A DNA stretch of 64,000 nucleotides from an uncultured Clostridia bacterium (GTDB taxonomy: Bacteria; Bacillota; Clostridia; Christensenellales; UBA1242): the NCBI GenBank assembly GCA_945919375.1, contig CAMEJD010000002.1, positions 35,643 through 99,642 on the forward strand. The letters are read 5' to 3'. How positions within the stretch are numbered: position 1 is the first letter of the stretch; every line of letters begins with the position of its first letter. The notes beneath the pieces were generated by a model that saw nothing but the letters and a program-made list of their open reading frames with translations, searched no databases and was not told the DNA's origin. Position numbers and translations under genes: made by a program. Below are positions 14,801 to 20,566 of this stretch, in pieces.

Positions 14801-16512
14801 GTTGATTGATATCTTTTGTACCCCTTTATCTTTCCAAGATAATTAAACCCATCCGTTATTGTTTTTCCATTGTTTGCGAATGTAACTGTGTATGCTTCGC
14901 CATAAGGTCTATAGAAAAGTTTTAGGTTCTTTCCAACCTTTTCACTTATTAAATTAGAATAATCTTTATTGTAATCGTCATTACGTCCCCCAGATATTGT
15001 CATAGTTATATAATTGGATATTTCAAACTTTGACCCTGTTGAACTTTGTTCCTTTCTATTTGAATTTACATAAGTTTTTGCATTACTTTGTATGGCAACA
15101 AGTTTGCCTCTCTCGGATGTTTCAATACTATAATATCCTTGCAAATTTTTTGGAACATAAAAGTTTTTTGAAGCCGTGTTATACGATGTTTCGGGTTGAT
15201 ATTGACCCGACGAAAAAACTCCGTCAGCACGAAATGTGATTTTTGAGCCACCTTCTGTAAGCAAAATTTTAGAATTTTCATCAGGACTCACAATGAATGT
15301 ATTATTATTGTTTCCACCGCTTGTTCCATTATTAAAGAATGAACCCCTTTGCGCTATTGCTTGCCTTTGGTCCGGAACATTTCTTTTATATCGTACCCAT
15401 GTGAACACATTATTTGTATCTGCTTTTATTTCCTCACTGGTGTTTGTTGTTGTTGATGTATCATATGTAACCACCTTCACAAATGATGTGCTACTACTTG
15501 AAAGTGTGTACTCGCCTGTTGTCTTATTAAAAACGTTCTTTATTTTTTCTAATATTATATTCCCAACACCCTTAAGGACTTGCCTACCTGAGCCTTGTGA
15601 CATCATACCATTAGTGTCTTTTATCCAATATGAAGTATTGTCAACCTTTTTGTATTGGACAATTGCATTTATTGTTTCCTTTGTAAATCCTCTATAACTA
15701 TTATACAAAGGTAAGCAACCAATTGTGTAGCAATCCGTTACATTGGCAATCCCGCTAGCATACAAGCCAGAATATCCACTTGATGTTATGCCCGCAAAAA
15801 ATGAATTTTTTATATTAGGTTCATATGGATATTCATCTTCATCATAACTATACCCTGCATACCCAACAAGACCGCCAACATATGAAGGATATGCCCCATC
15901 AACTCTTGCATAAGAATAGCAATTTGACATCGTTCCAGAGACGTCAAGATCGCCAGCAATCCCTCCAATATTGGCATTTCCATTTGTTTTAACCGAACCA
16001 AATGTTGCACAATCAAAAATATTTGTTTCTTTTGCACAACCAACAAGTGCACCAATACTTACTGCAGTTGAATTGTAATCAATGTTCACCAATTTAAGAG
16101 TAAGGTTTCTTATTGTTGCACCATAAGTGTAACCAAAAAGTCCAATATGACTAAGGGATGGCGTTAAATCACTCAAAATTGTAAGTCCAGAAATTGTAAA
16201 ACCACGACCATCAAAAGTTCCATCAAATGGGTTTGTTGAACTACCAATTGGCGTCCATGCTCTTCCAGACAAATCAATATCTTTTGTCAAGTAAACAATT
16301 TTGCCCGAGTAACTTGTTCCACCATTTACACTATCCGCAAAATTTGCCAGGTCTGTTTCAGATGTAATCTTTTCTATATATCCCCCGGCAGCATAAGCAT
16401 TTTCTGTTTTTTGCATTGATGCATTTTGCAAAAAAGCACCCCCAAAACATGCGAATGTCAAAAGCACAAATGCAATACTTAAAATAAATTTTGAAATGTT
16501 GGACTTTTTCAT
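1..16512 (-). CDS. Giant secreted repeat protein (putative adhesin). The N-terminus and first 5,504 codons are in the window; the C-terminus lies beyond the window start.
   Basis: Absent from the supplied ORF track because there is no in-window stop. On manual reverse-complement translation, ATG is at 16512-16510 with AAGGATGGG just upstream. No tta/cta/tca was encountered in plus-strand triplet phase 1,4,7... down to position 1; individual lines were re-checked triplet by triplet. N-terminus MKKSNISKFILSIAFVLLTFACFGGAFLQNASMQKTENAYA looks like a signal peptide. It is followed by PFDGTFDGRGFTISGL and IGALVGCA / IGGIAGDL / VGGLVGYA (GLUG-type beta-helix turns, about 15700-16390), GY(T/A)FxGW repeats and many KxYDGT / ITPxEL modules. 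Confidence 0.9.
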   Translation of the reverse strand, partial: MKKSNISKFILSIAFVLLTFACFGGAFLQNASMQKTENAYAAGGYIEKITSETDLANFADSVNGGTSYSGKIVYLTKDIDLSGRAWTPIGSSTNPFDGTFDGRGFTISGLTILSDLTPSLSHIGLFGYTYGATIRNLTLKLVNIDYNSTAVSIGALVGCAKETNIFDCATFGSVKTNGNANIGGIAGDLDVSGTMSNCYSYARVDGAYPSYVGGLVGYAGYSYDEDEYPYEPNIKNSFFAGITSSGYSGLYASGIANVTDCYTIGCLPLYNSYRGFTKETINAIVQYKKVDNTSYWIKDTNGMMSQGSGRQVLKGVGNIILEKIKNVFNKTTGEYTLSSSSTSFVKVVTYDTSTTTNTSEEIKADTNNVFTWVRYKRNVPDQRQAIAQRGSFFNNGTSGGNNNNTFIVSPDENSKILLTEGGSKITFRADGVFSSGQYQPETSYNTASKNFYVPKNLQGYYSIETSERGKLVAIQSNAKTYVNSNRKEQSSTGSKFEISNYITMTISGGRNDDYNKDYSNLISEKVGKNLKLFYRPYGEAYTVTFANNGKTITDGFNYLGKIKGYKRYQSTSTTSSSSNQSSINSADKAADKSVSLTGELSKNYFFTESSGVTQDCVINYYFDNVFNVTIGDGRAEARFEALFQKWYSNYSESGGTKVAVGVMLYEKIADKGIGYNGKIIKDIYEGDELYPFWSDFACGGITEKVDNGDAVTYFQPTSGGLAPNGGLGRWKANSLEWYPIWRAKNQTITIVTNSLKNSKNEEINTVDSIQNKNGGTLTSSNNGMWKLNTTTSTTPYTFNVVQKGGHKLKSVVLTMKIGNQSQEFTIDDTTKDFDYYGCQLSYNANENRYKVKSRFRYSLSQESGNYVFDFETLIGIEKIEFNFQKYEYDALVKTNIKSLINGYNEAPITIKNKNITRDNGVRLSEILANGTNLQDNEKLFSVNETILIKDIKVKQGYKLYSIVLPTETLSKNTIGITKSDIKQSADGSYSVELTLNSIGAKALYVDDIVIIFNIDRIGKDFTFSLNDVDINNDDWKNFEFGINISVDGAKTDRSIEPRKMSQLNTSLLTDDEVTLTLNGLPYNIRLSASDITVKGIRDGYIVGAGSEPNSFVISNIIVDENAGEYSIGIDCSVPKVDLSIINQSIANISGQETVKVLSTKNATVPYGSILAVTKDAGSDKLIVSIKNEAQRINEVFNYDLDSKIIEQLSILFENGQASNIKITSNSVVDWKMYLTYSNLSKYDTSDTYKLYLKYTTRAISVHTGDALIKNASTTIDNFTLDTSDNQIAGSVDTVLADNKLGYKFLGFYVVQKDSNGKVLGDTFASTLYSGNTSFKYSLNTQSANATQITIEKSTLYIVRVYEAKMLTAIFDKTLKDEVTNQNLNVTLSSTEKVEIEYNATMLASKLPNVQIEGMYDFVCWQSGTVQINNREFRTDEKYVIDDNNNTVTFKIKANPTDVNLTLYSDSNTQFSTITISYGTTDYSKLPQPSKFGYTLAGWKYMYKDSDGEVNKSKDGQIYVTIQNGKIVQNSCKKFDIQSKTVDFVAVYDANIISNIIFRAGGINNEGKFVSGQKEYTAQVMFGTSNYQSELFNLTTFVPTWQTDYATYEFAYFIFNGNKNKIFDPNSTDEARRYVIQSNEISGEMVFTAYYKVVDFVTPTVVGNESSWTYDAQSRSLSIDFAGKQNTNVLTYSYAWYKDGKTLAGQTDVILDNIKNVVDSGKYTCKIKVNAQNEYAFTESPIEKETQEFLITISPKEIWFTQNGEITTELVKVFDNTNKINSTVDYGGICGSDSITVIAIYDNVNVGTNIPMTITITSIGSTTDVRNYTYPTNITGTITPYELNFVLKNNSNNYIVKNGEDNLQINIKEYYTIASDDSSFIQKYGFAIDYQLKTSQNIIGGYSFESQNANKILLTFSLKSGNQNNFIGKVNDDFFIKESDENSITISIKVLSNDNKSNEQVDKSLAYISANSIISSDGDKDHIFNINNNNSSNITIIEKRDYLLRNPNINLKLIINEQSKDYGYIYWIESWQVLCDGNIVDNNFADNSNITYTIENGSVKQIIINCYITTLSSVEYDYNLADGENLDDKVSSTKFAYAKPISYSIANYNAKFPIPTRDGFDFVAWTNGTTNVTNSTIWDKKYTKLTAIWQLQDIAVDNGNVKENFVYDSVKHTYTFTITNSNTKAIEYTYKWSSTAKIAGEQADSTLRVKNVKNSGVYTLTITATNKGLSKSLTRVVDVTITPYELLKTNIEILKQYDKSADMSTMMLDGVSTEKVYITGSYYDKNAGALLNKSSIKYVVKNGDVEIESQYNDNYNLDLSKISDQSKIVAKDISINFNDSSKVFDKLPLQVTGEFNEKNINFNYTIKTAKVINNILTECGDVGTYNQQNGNLKIEIKNELLSNFNITLSGTLTINYKSISNVDVEWVGDRNVVFDGKQHTLTLSDEFKDAVESYKYEKDNVTLSSLPITVGEYKVIAKFKENCGYNVQEEIQATLNISQRILNITYDSSNGKIEKYYDSTNVVTKDISQFNIETIVSGYEPTFVYNYRTVNAGENIAIDILLDENSENNKNYILAFPNGTIYGTINKVSVDVVVSGVSKQYDGTNIFEVNSDNIQVTGLVTGEDVDGSVNFIAKEVARYTNHNSTLEINKDALLFGNKVYSTNYEISSFAYDIEIIKAKLVLACSPTSPYTYNGLAIDIKYELTRSDNIKNASLPNSLEKVYYIKNGSSYEQINYQPLQVGDYQIEFRLSASDEINFEIISTQTQFNYTIIKRNLSIRFQTEYAYTGNKITYKVDKAQDDIYILSKDIADNTLGAGDSISWNFVTTGKDCGTYYVAQRDFVNPAEITIYKDGEDYTRNYEIIIHAEAQIIIKQAGIDRSQVIISSSQNEYNAQTHSLTFSVNGAIEDFTYKSIKRSGVLVQGEENIKYAGEYALEIELQNYKIANNKPFTYTITQRDVDLDLLEISKVYDGTIDVEDTDYKFKADKNICKEDENLAYIEATYDNKNVGEKKKIKFVLKSGNPLIENSYNLLTTFGFGDITKLDQTISLKTYSKFYDGKTVEIDISNFTPTELENREILSGKVLINIKDVGEYDISTNTFDLSKLKIILASGTSEGLDNYNLSFVGTLEIKPALVTVNVKYLQYVYNAKEQLPTFEESIYDSKGEIVDDFEYKVDYLQNNVSVTPINAGEYNIKISLPENSNYRFVRIDNGQAIQQKELIFNETLKIAKRKIAIDVRDTINRRYKDGINATYQVEAKDIIDPTAERTEGLLSIHKLVATLSTNGSVAKTYQVNGLPNNLVFDNSSEIYIKSLAITQMKDDVTQNYSIEYLTCTIIISNTSEEFDTEALESLVYNGKDKFASGEVYVTFLIDGTEHRFDVNNNTYNGQTIISDFTYNNTRTDKIINAGSYSVRLQISVQGFNPIDTTFTFEVKQKEILVVDCNTSKEYDSTSDVLGNLTSQDICSKDGNIDDVTIVGNYYNDNGDIVNTIGNDYVIKFTISGQDSSNYVIDNLNLKGEIKARKISLTIKDGYVLTFNNKVQYIDYENLTMTAGSVVSGQTLAGRIKVNNQNAGTYDLNLSNIDITELKVKKDENDFTSNYEFIFAGVVTINSKNVDVTVNPFNLEYNGTVQTIDEYLTFDSLEEELQDVAKTALTVSYDKEVVDAGDYVATVSSNTNNFVFNVLGYNENKIEFTVQKRDISFTLGNIQKSYNPTSDHRSKIEPTSVIGLIAGQELKGEYRLSKVGLNVGTYTQDPNDNKDGYIIFENLEIIAKGENILDKNYNILAQFGTIEIIPFKISKGDAYLSQTQVVYSKTEAIDSLAFTFFDANKQLQTITTQNTELGTISLVEDSAVNVGTYHIKVSIKNCELVDGDEYEFEIIPFTITEIDYVSQKEYDATSSVINSIGSKTLTSSQVFAGDSIEIEGNYVDRDNIAVKNASQDDYSIIFAIKNADTFPAKNYMLNVTGNGKITQRVITLNVNKELTYKSSGEYSIPYKPENFTMVGTLVDGQTLEGIVKFTKQDTLGVIDLTQIDLSGLTVIDGESINQTSNYLFRLDGKVSVVKSQITIDFSDIANTYIYSNSIVQVNPIIAFADVSNGDTLPTFVYNYKSQEYDSEDAPKNVGNYTFTVLLNSTFYEFATSNTFAFEITPYTFVVNDADVPTDRFSKNFNNIDPELSFTMTTPLNELINLYFTRTLGESVGVYDIQLQNWDNKNYTVTLESGKGLFTIKKASSTTVTILATAKNINLLQKQYDTQNIGSVDVTLLDYEASGETLIGTITFEAGVNVGSYQVESWTLSSSNFEQFNLISEVEYQIKQKDIVLKGENLDKPYDKSTKLYGTITILDASNIELDESIYHLSAYGQYADSMVSDNVNIVVNLAGESPSNFNVTNTLSGKITKRNVKVVPNQGQEAIYGTNNLDILYSLEDLDTTDFNGDINSEVTGNLYIDFLAGETKYVVGNYQIKSNITSNNFNLSFDDGVQFTITQKELTISNSKNFIKEFDGDNIVLGDFTIESGLISGDVVEISAKFYNDKLEEDSSVATDKIVIFTLSGTDGKNYFASNVKGSITNKLVKLNFVYNFDEKSIINPNLIEDNETSSFDLIYDKKIGDTNTYMPQPRHEGYTFVGWYFDKEYTNQVKLDTMIDSSNWPIDEVEKSAYAKWEIKSFDVKIVNVTKVNGIYSDDASLQGGTTITVDGKYNYYSTVALNNVATPKNGYVFVGFSDDINASVNDDFINNGYTVLAKDNVIYAKFDPKTVMLTLFANEGQFTNSQKWTFESGNTLAIVEVDFNSKLSDYGITIPDVSRDGYAMSGWEDKNGADVLFDANTILGESYFPKITLYVKWTPRNYKLVLNANGGVYSNFDSNIWTVEERDENGNVIKVSKNVAYNSKLGELIEPTKKGWTFDSYTNSISTEFVFKQLGDLTSDAQYTENNYVLTIISKHHDIKVEIKNKDNVLISNYSLTAGNSDRLTIDVMTTYNATITATDTMGYIFKDWTSTYNLTDSQSATIQILEFMQDETLTANYDFKENTITLKVNDKTKGYVYSGEYSTKDVGEITFTAKTESVVNLTAMSLEGYQLSGWLVDSNGINFNLSGSDIDAIRELSGFICDITITVNFEPKPVNITLIADEMKGAITIDGVINNVYSYTYGALVDSPFTFIVTANHGYSVDTNTANWLFETTSTNKGDFAIRENGNVYTITFTKFYENGTINIPFTTNSYNVKFVAVYRNENTFNRDLDADNLVTLQRSGQSDVVLNSNSPYEAIYKTQVKLIPRLDIQEGYTFSSWSKSGSSEYMLSSLEGLVASYDDNSIDLEIIDDITVYLIYTINTYTIKFSTNDYQKGNITYNDGIPQTNFAITVRYGYNAQKVEAQNSEHFVFEKWVKVVDGVYQDYSTDEILQLTNVKSDMEFVAIFKGQSIVITVKLVLPEEEILEPVTDFGKLEITENAVTKLIRTETQTNAIVYEISTLASEVVTLKLLEENGFVLANYNSTDNIITLSNILESTEVIVSL
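2800..11280 (-). repeat. Coding tandem array inside the giant ORF: roughly 25-30 beta-rich modules of about 85-100 aa of YDG/MBG-like type. Boundaries are approximate.
   Basis: Repeated pattern I(T/S)Px(E/K)(L/I) ... K.YD(G/S/K)(T/S) ... G(L/I)V.G(E/D) ... N(A/V)G.Y ... NY. Anchor motifs: KVYDGT ~7600-7617, KQYDGT ~8704-8721, KEYDST ~6170-6190, KEYDAT ~4830-4850, KPYDKST ~3510-3550, KEFDGD ~3010-3035, KQYDKS ~9730-9755, KYYDST ~8950-8975, KFYDGK ~7335-7360, KQYDTQ ~3750-3775. Confidence 0.55.
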
Positions 16513-16738
16513 AATTAACCCATCCTTATTATTTTCAATATTATTATATATTTTTATTCAAATAAACACAAGCAAATAAACTATTTTTTAGAATAAGTAA
16601 TATATGTAATATATTAAGGCAACCTTTTTGAATAATCAAAAACAAAAATTTGAATATTTTTTTAAATATTTGCTTTTAATCATAAAAATTATTTTTATTT
16701 TTTTTTATTTTGTGGTAAATTAAACATAGGAGTATTTT

Positions 16739-18214
16739 ATGAAAAAACTTTGGGGAATTTTTATTTGTTTTATGCTAACATTAAGTTTGTGTGTTGGCAT
16801 TCCATTTTTAAACCAAAATGTAAATGCAGAACCTTACACCGTAATTGGCATTTCCATTGATATAAATAATGAAGACACTTCCAAGCCCACTCCTGACGAA
16901 AACGGGAATTATCATGCAAGTTTTAAAACTAACACCGTAAAGGAAACTGACCCGCATTATTCCACATTTGTAATAAAATCAAACATTTCAACAAACCCAC
17001 AAACTTCGCTTATTGACCAATCAACAATAAATGCAATTGTTTGGAAAATTAACGGATCTGCATTGAGTTTTAACAATGGTGCAATTGACAACAATGAGTA
17101 TACAGTTCAGTTAATTGGCAAAGACATAAAATTTACACCAAAACTTCCAAAAACTTTTACATTTAAAAATTCATTAAACGGTTTTGATTCAAATACTATT
17201 TCACTTATTAGCGATTATGCAACCCCAACCCAAATAAAAATTGTTCCTTCCGGCGGGAATTTGCAACAATTATATGAAGACTACAGCCCAATTACATTAA
17301 AAGCAGTTTTAAACTATCAAGAATATCTTGACCCAAGCATAAATTACACTTTCAGTTGGTACAAAAATTCAACTGATAACACAAACAAACTTCCAGAAGC
17401 ATCAAACACTTTGGTAATCACAAAAAGCATGCTTGAACTAAAGAAAATGAAGTTTTTTGTTAAATTGAATAACAGCACACTAAAGGATGATAGCATTGAA
17501 ATTGAAATAACAACAAATGCATCATACTCAATAAAGATTTCCACTTTGGGAAAACTTGAGCAAACAATTGGCAAAGATCTGGAATCACTTTCAATAACCG
17601 CGAGTTTGTCACTTAACGAAGAAAACAATATAAAAATTCCAGACAAAGCAATTATTAACTGGTATGTCCTTACCCCAAAAAGCAATGTATATCAAAAACA
17701 ACAAACAACAAATATTGAGTACACATTTAATCCTCTTGAATATAGTGCAGGAAATTATAATATATTTGCAAGACTAATAATTGACGAGAATGAATATGTT
17801 TCAAATGTAATAAGCATAAAACTTAATCCAAAAGAAAGAACTGCTCCAACACTTGAAATTCAAGTTGAAAAGTTCAACAATAATAGCACCGGGGTTGAAG
17901 GCTTTAAATTCTCTGTTGATTTGCAAGACTATTACAACCCAGAAAATATTGTTTGGCTTATTGAAGGTCAAACCCAAGGCACAGGAAATGAAATTACATT
18001 CAGTCCAACAGTTGCAAACGACTATAAAGTTGAAGTAAAATTACTTGACAGCAAAGGCGAACCTATTAAGAGTTTGACTTGGAAAAATGTTGAAGCAAAA
18101 TCAATGCAAGCAACTCATATGTGGATATACATTACGGTGGCAGGGATTGTGCTTATAGGAATTTGCACAGCATCAATAATTATCTCAAACAAAAAAAGAG
18201 AAAAAATTTGGTAA
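16739..18214 (+). CDS. Secreted protein with a C-terminal membrane anchor and Ig-like repeats; function unknown.
   Basis: 491-aa ORF with TAGGAG RBS 7 nt upstream. N-terminal signal peptide MKKLWGIFICFMLTLSLCVGIPFLNQNVNA. C-terminal TM helix plus basic tail MWIYITVAGIVLIGICTASIIISNKKREKIW. Beta-rich, N/T/S-rich body. Divergent from the giant ORF. Confidence 0.8.
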   Translation: MKKLWGIFICFMLTLSLCVGIPFLNQNVNAEPYTVIGISIDINNEDTSKPTPDENGNYHASFKTNTVKETDPHYSTFVIKSNISTNPQTSLIDQSTINAIVWKINGSALSFNNGAIDNNEYTVQLIGKDIKFTPKLPKTFTFKNSLNGFDSNTISLISDYATPTQIKIVPSGGNLQQLYEDYSPITLKAVLNYQEYLDPSINYTFSWYKNSTDNTNKLPEASNTLVITKSMLELKKMKFFVKLNNSTLKDDSIEIEITTNASYSIKISTLGKLEQTIGKDLESLSITASLSLNEENNIKIPDKAIINWYVLTPKSNVYQKQQTTNIEYTFNPLEYSAGNYNIFARLIIDENEYVSNVISIKLNPKERTAPTLEIQVEKFNNNSTGVEGFKFSVDLQDYYNPENIVWLIEGQTQGTGNEITFSPTVANDYKVEVKLLDSKGEPIKSLTWKNVEAKSMQATHMWIYITVAGIVLIGICTASIIISNKKREKIW

Positions 18215-18281
18215 TTTTAAAAATAAGTATTGACAAATAAAATTAGTATGTTATAATATGGCAACACTCCAAAAGAAAATA

Positions 18282-18320
18282 AACAAGAAAATTAGGTGAA
18301 ATTTTCTTGTTATTTTTTTA
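18282..18320 (+). terminator. Rho-independent terminator of the 16739-18214 gene.
   Basis: Perfect 11-bp inverted repeat aacaagaaaat (18282-18292) / attttcttgtt (18301-18311), 8-nt loop, followed by a T7 run. Confidence 0.6.
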
Positions 18321-18525
18321 TTATATTTACTTTTTATTATTTGTAAATTTATTTCTATTTTAACACCGGTATTTTAAAGCAACTTATGTTATAAAATAAT
18401 AACAAAAATATTATTAAAAAATAAAATATTTTGCAAATTTATTACTACTTTTATTTATTTGTTTATAAAAATAAAAAACAAAAATCAATTAATATGGTTT
18501 TTGTTTTTTTATATATTTTTAATAA

Positions 18526-20565
18526 TTATTTATTTTTATTTATATTTTTAATAAATTTTGACACATCATTTACTGATGTTAAATACAACTTATGCAATGC
18601 CCTTGTTGAAGAAACATAAAGCAAGTTTTTATCCAAAAAGTTATTATAATTTTTGGTTGAAACATTTGGTAATATTACCATATCAAATTCAAGACCTTTG
18701 CAAATTGATGCAGGCATAATCATAATTTTTGAAAGTGAACTTCCTTCATCCATAAGTTTCAAGTCATCAAGTTCATATAAGTAACTATAATACTTTTCAG
18801 CTTCTTTTTTGTTTTTGCAAATAATTGCGATGTTATCAAATTTTGGAGCATTTTCTGTTACAAGATTTGCAATTTTTTCACATTCGCTTTCAATGTTATC
18901 AAAAGTATACACTTGTGGTTCTTCGCCATGCCTATCAACAGTTTGAGAATGTATTCCTTTTATACTATCGGCAAAGTGAGTGATTTCACAAGTTGAACGA
19001 TATGTTTTGTTTAATGTAAGGATTTCTTTTGCCCCAACAATTTTGGCAATTCTATCCAAGTCATTTTGGTCAAGCAATTTTTCAATACATTGACTCATAT
19101 CTCCAAGCATTGTTTTTGGGCAAGAGAATATTTCATCAAACATTTCAAATTGAAGAGGATTATAATCTTGCATTTCATCAATAACAAGATATTTTACCTT
19201 GCTTAATTTTGAAAGCCCAAGCAAGTAGTTTTTTATATATAATATTGGTGCAATATCTTCATACCTAACCCTTTTTTGATTTGTGTAACTAAATTCCAGT
19301 CCAATATTTGCCAAAAAATCAGCATAAATTTCTGTCAAAGATTGCGAGATAAACATTGGATATATAACCTTTTTTATTCTCGCATAAACTTCACCCTTGT
19401 CATCTTGTACATCAATCTTATCTAAAATATAGTCTGCAATCCAACTTATTCTGACTGCCGGAGTTTTGTCTTTATATTTTTGACTATACAATTTTTCAAT
19501 TTCTTCTTTCTTGATTTTAAGGTCACCAAAAACAAAGTCTTTTGGCCTAAAAGAAAAATCTACATATGCATTAAGGTATTGTTTCAAACTATCTGCAAAC
19601 TCAAAGCAGTTTTTGTATGCGACTTCATTAAGTCTTTTTGTGTTTGTTGTTAAATCTTCAAGTGCCTGTTCTCTTGTTTCAAGTTGATTTGTTAGTGTGC
19701 TCAATTCATTTTTTGCAATATCCATAAACGAAATATTAACAATATTTTCTTCGCCAAGTGATGGCAAAACATTTGAGATATACTCACTAAAAATTGAATT
19801 TGGCGAAATAATCAAAATATCGTTTGATTTGTATTTATCTCTATACTTATACAAAAGATAAGCAACTCTGTGCAATGCAATAGAAGTTTTTCCACTACCT
19901 GCAACACCTTGTACAAATAATACATTGCTCTCGTCACGAATAATGCTATTTTGCTCCCTTTGAATTGTAGAAACAATGTTTTTCATTTTTTGAGATGAAT
20001 TTTGAGAAAGTTCTTTTTGCAAAATATCATCGTCAATGGTAAGCGAAGAATCAAAACACCACTCCATCTTGCTGTCTTTTATTTTAAATTGCCTTTTGCT
20101 AGTTATATCGCCAGAGATTAGTCCAATTGGTGCCCTGTAACTCGCCTTGCCTATTTCATAATCATAAAACATTGTTGAAATTGGTGCACGCCAGTCACAA
20201 ACAACCGGAATGTCAGTTCCATTTGTTAAATTAAAAATGCCAATGTAATAATCTTTTTCTTGAGTGTCAGTGTCATGTTTGAAAGATATTTTCCCAAAGT
20301 ATGGCGATAATCTTTGTTTTTTTAACTTGTAATATTGCTCTTTTGATTGATTGATAAGCGTTTCTTGGTCGTCAAGTTCATTACCACCAACAACTGTTTC
20401 TTCATCATCCAAAAAATAATACTGGTCAGAAAAATGATGGTTGAGTTCAGCCATCTCTTTTTCCAAATCTTCAATTTGTTTGTTTTTGTTATCTATCTGT
20501 CCATCAATTTCTTTTAGGACATTATCTAAATGCTCTTGTTCTTGTTGTTTTTCTATTTCGTTCAT
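18526..20565 (-). CDS. helD: HelD-like UvrD/Rep-family SF1 helicase (RNA polymerase-associated helicase IV type), paralog 1.
   Basis: 679 aa with an N-terminal coiled-coil-like acidic segment. Motifs seen: VVCDWRAPISTMFYDYEIG (HelD-type), Walker A GVAGSGKTSIALHRVAYLLY, motif II LVIDEMQDYNPLQF, LNKTYRST, and C-terminal GLEFDMVIL. Confidence 0.75.
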   Translation of the reverse strand: MNEIEKQQEQEHLDNVLKEIDGQIDNKNKQIEDLEKEMAELNHHFSDQYYFLDDEETVVGGNELDDQETLINQSKEQYYKLKKQRLSPYFGKISFKHDTDTQEKDYYIGIFNLTNGTDIPVVCDWRAPISTMFYDYEIGKASYRAPIGLISGDITSKRQFKIKDSKMEWCFDSSLTIDDDILQKELSQNSSQKMKNIVSTIQREQNSIIRDESNVLFVQGVAGSGKTSIALHRVAYLLYKYRDKYKSNDILIISPNSIFSEYISNVLPSLGEENIVNISFMDIAKNELSTLTNQLETREQALEDLTTNTKRLNEVAYKNCFEFADSLKQYLNAYVDFSFRPKDFVFGDLKIKKEEIEKLYSQKYKDKTPAVRISWIADYILDKIDVQDDKGEVYARIKKVIYPMFISQSLTEIYADFLANIGLEFSYTNQKRVRYEDIAPILYIKNYLLGLSKLSKVKYLVIDEMQDYNPLQFEMFDEIFSCPKTMLGDMSQCIEKLLDQNDLDRIAKIVGAKEILTLNKTYRSTCEITHFADSIKGIHSQTVDRHGEEPQVYTFDNIESECEKIANLVTENAPKFDNIAIICKNKKEAEKYYSYLYELDDLKLMDEGSSLSKIMIMPASICKGLEFDMVILPNVSTKNYNNFLDKNLLYVSSTRALHKLYLTSVNDVSKFIKNINKNK

Positions 20566-20566
20566 T

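Noticed and set aside
297-15697. Many plus-strand and off-frame ORFs of 60-153 aa in the track, for example 15236-15697 (153 aa), 14135-14464, 1013-1300 and 10032-10298.
   Set aside because: All lie inside the giant minus-strand ORF, on the antisense strand or out of frame. Their compositions are low-complexity (F/L/I/S/C-rich), they lack RBS, and they are typical shadow ORFs of AT-rich coding DNA.
1-16512. The absence of any long ORF in the supplied track over 16.5 kb suggested non-coding DNA, a pseudogene graveyard or an alternative genetic code.
   Set aside because: Manual translation shows one continuous standard-code frame on the minus strand, with a signal peptide and coherent domain repeats. 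The track omits it only because the stop codon lies outside the window. TGA, TAA and TAG all terminate ordinary genes elsewhere in the window.
18473-18510. A possible terminator hairpin, aaaaaacaaaaa / tttttgtttttt, downstream of helD paralog 1.
   Set aside because: The stem is composed almost entirely of A:T pairs and is unlikely to be stable, so it is not reported as a feature.
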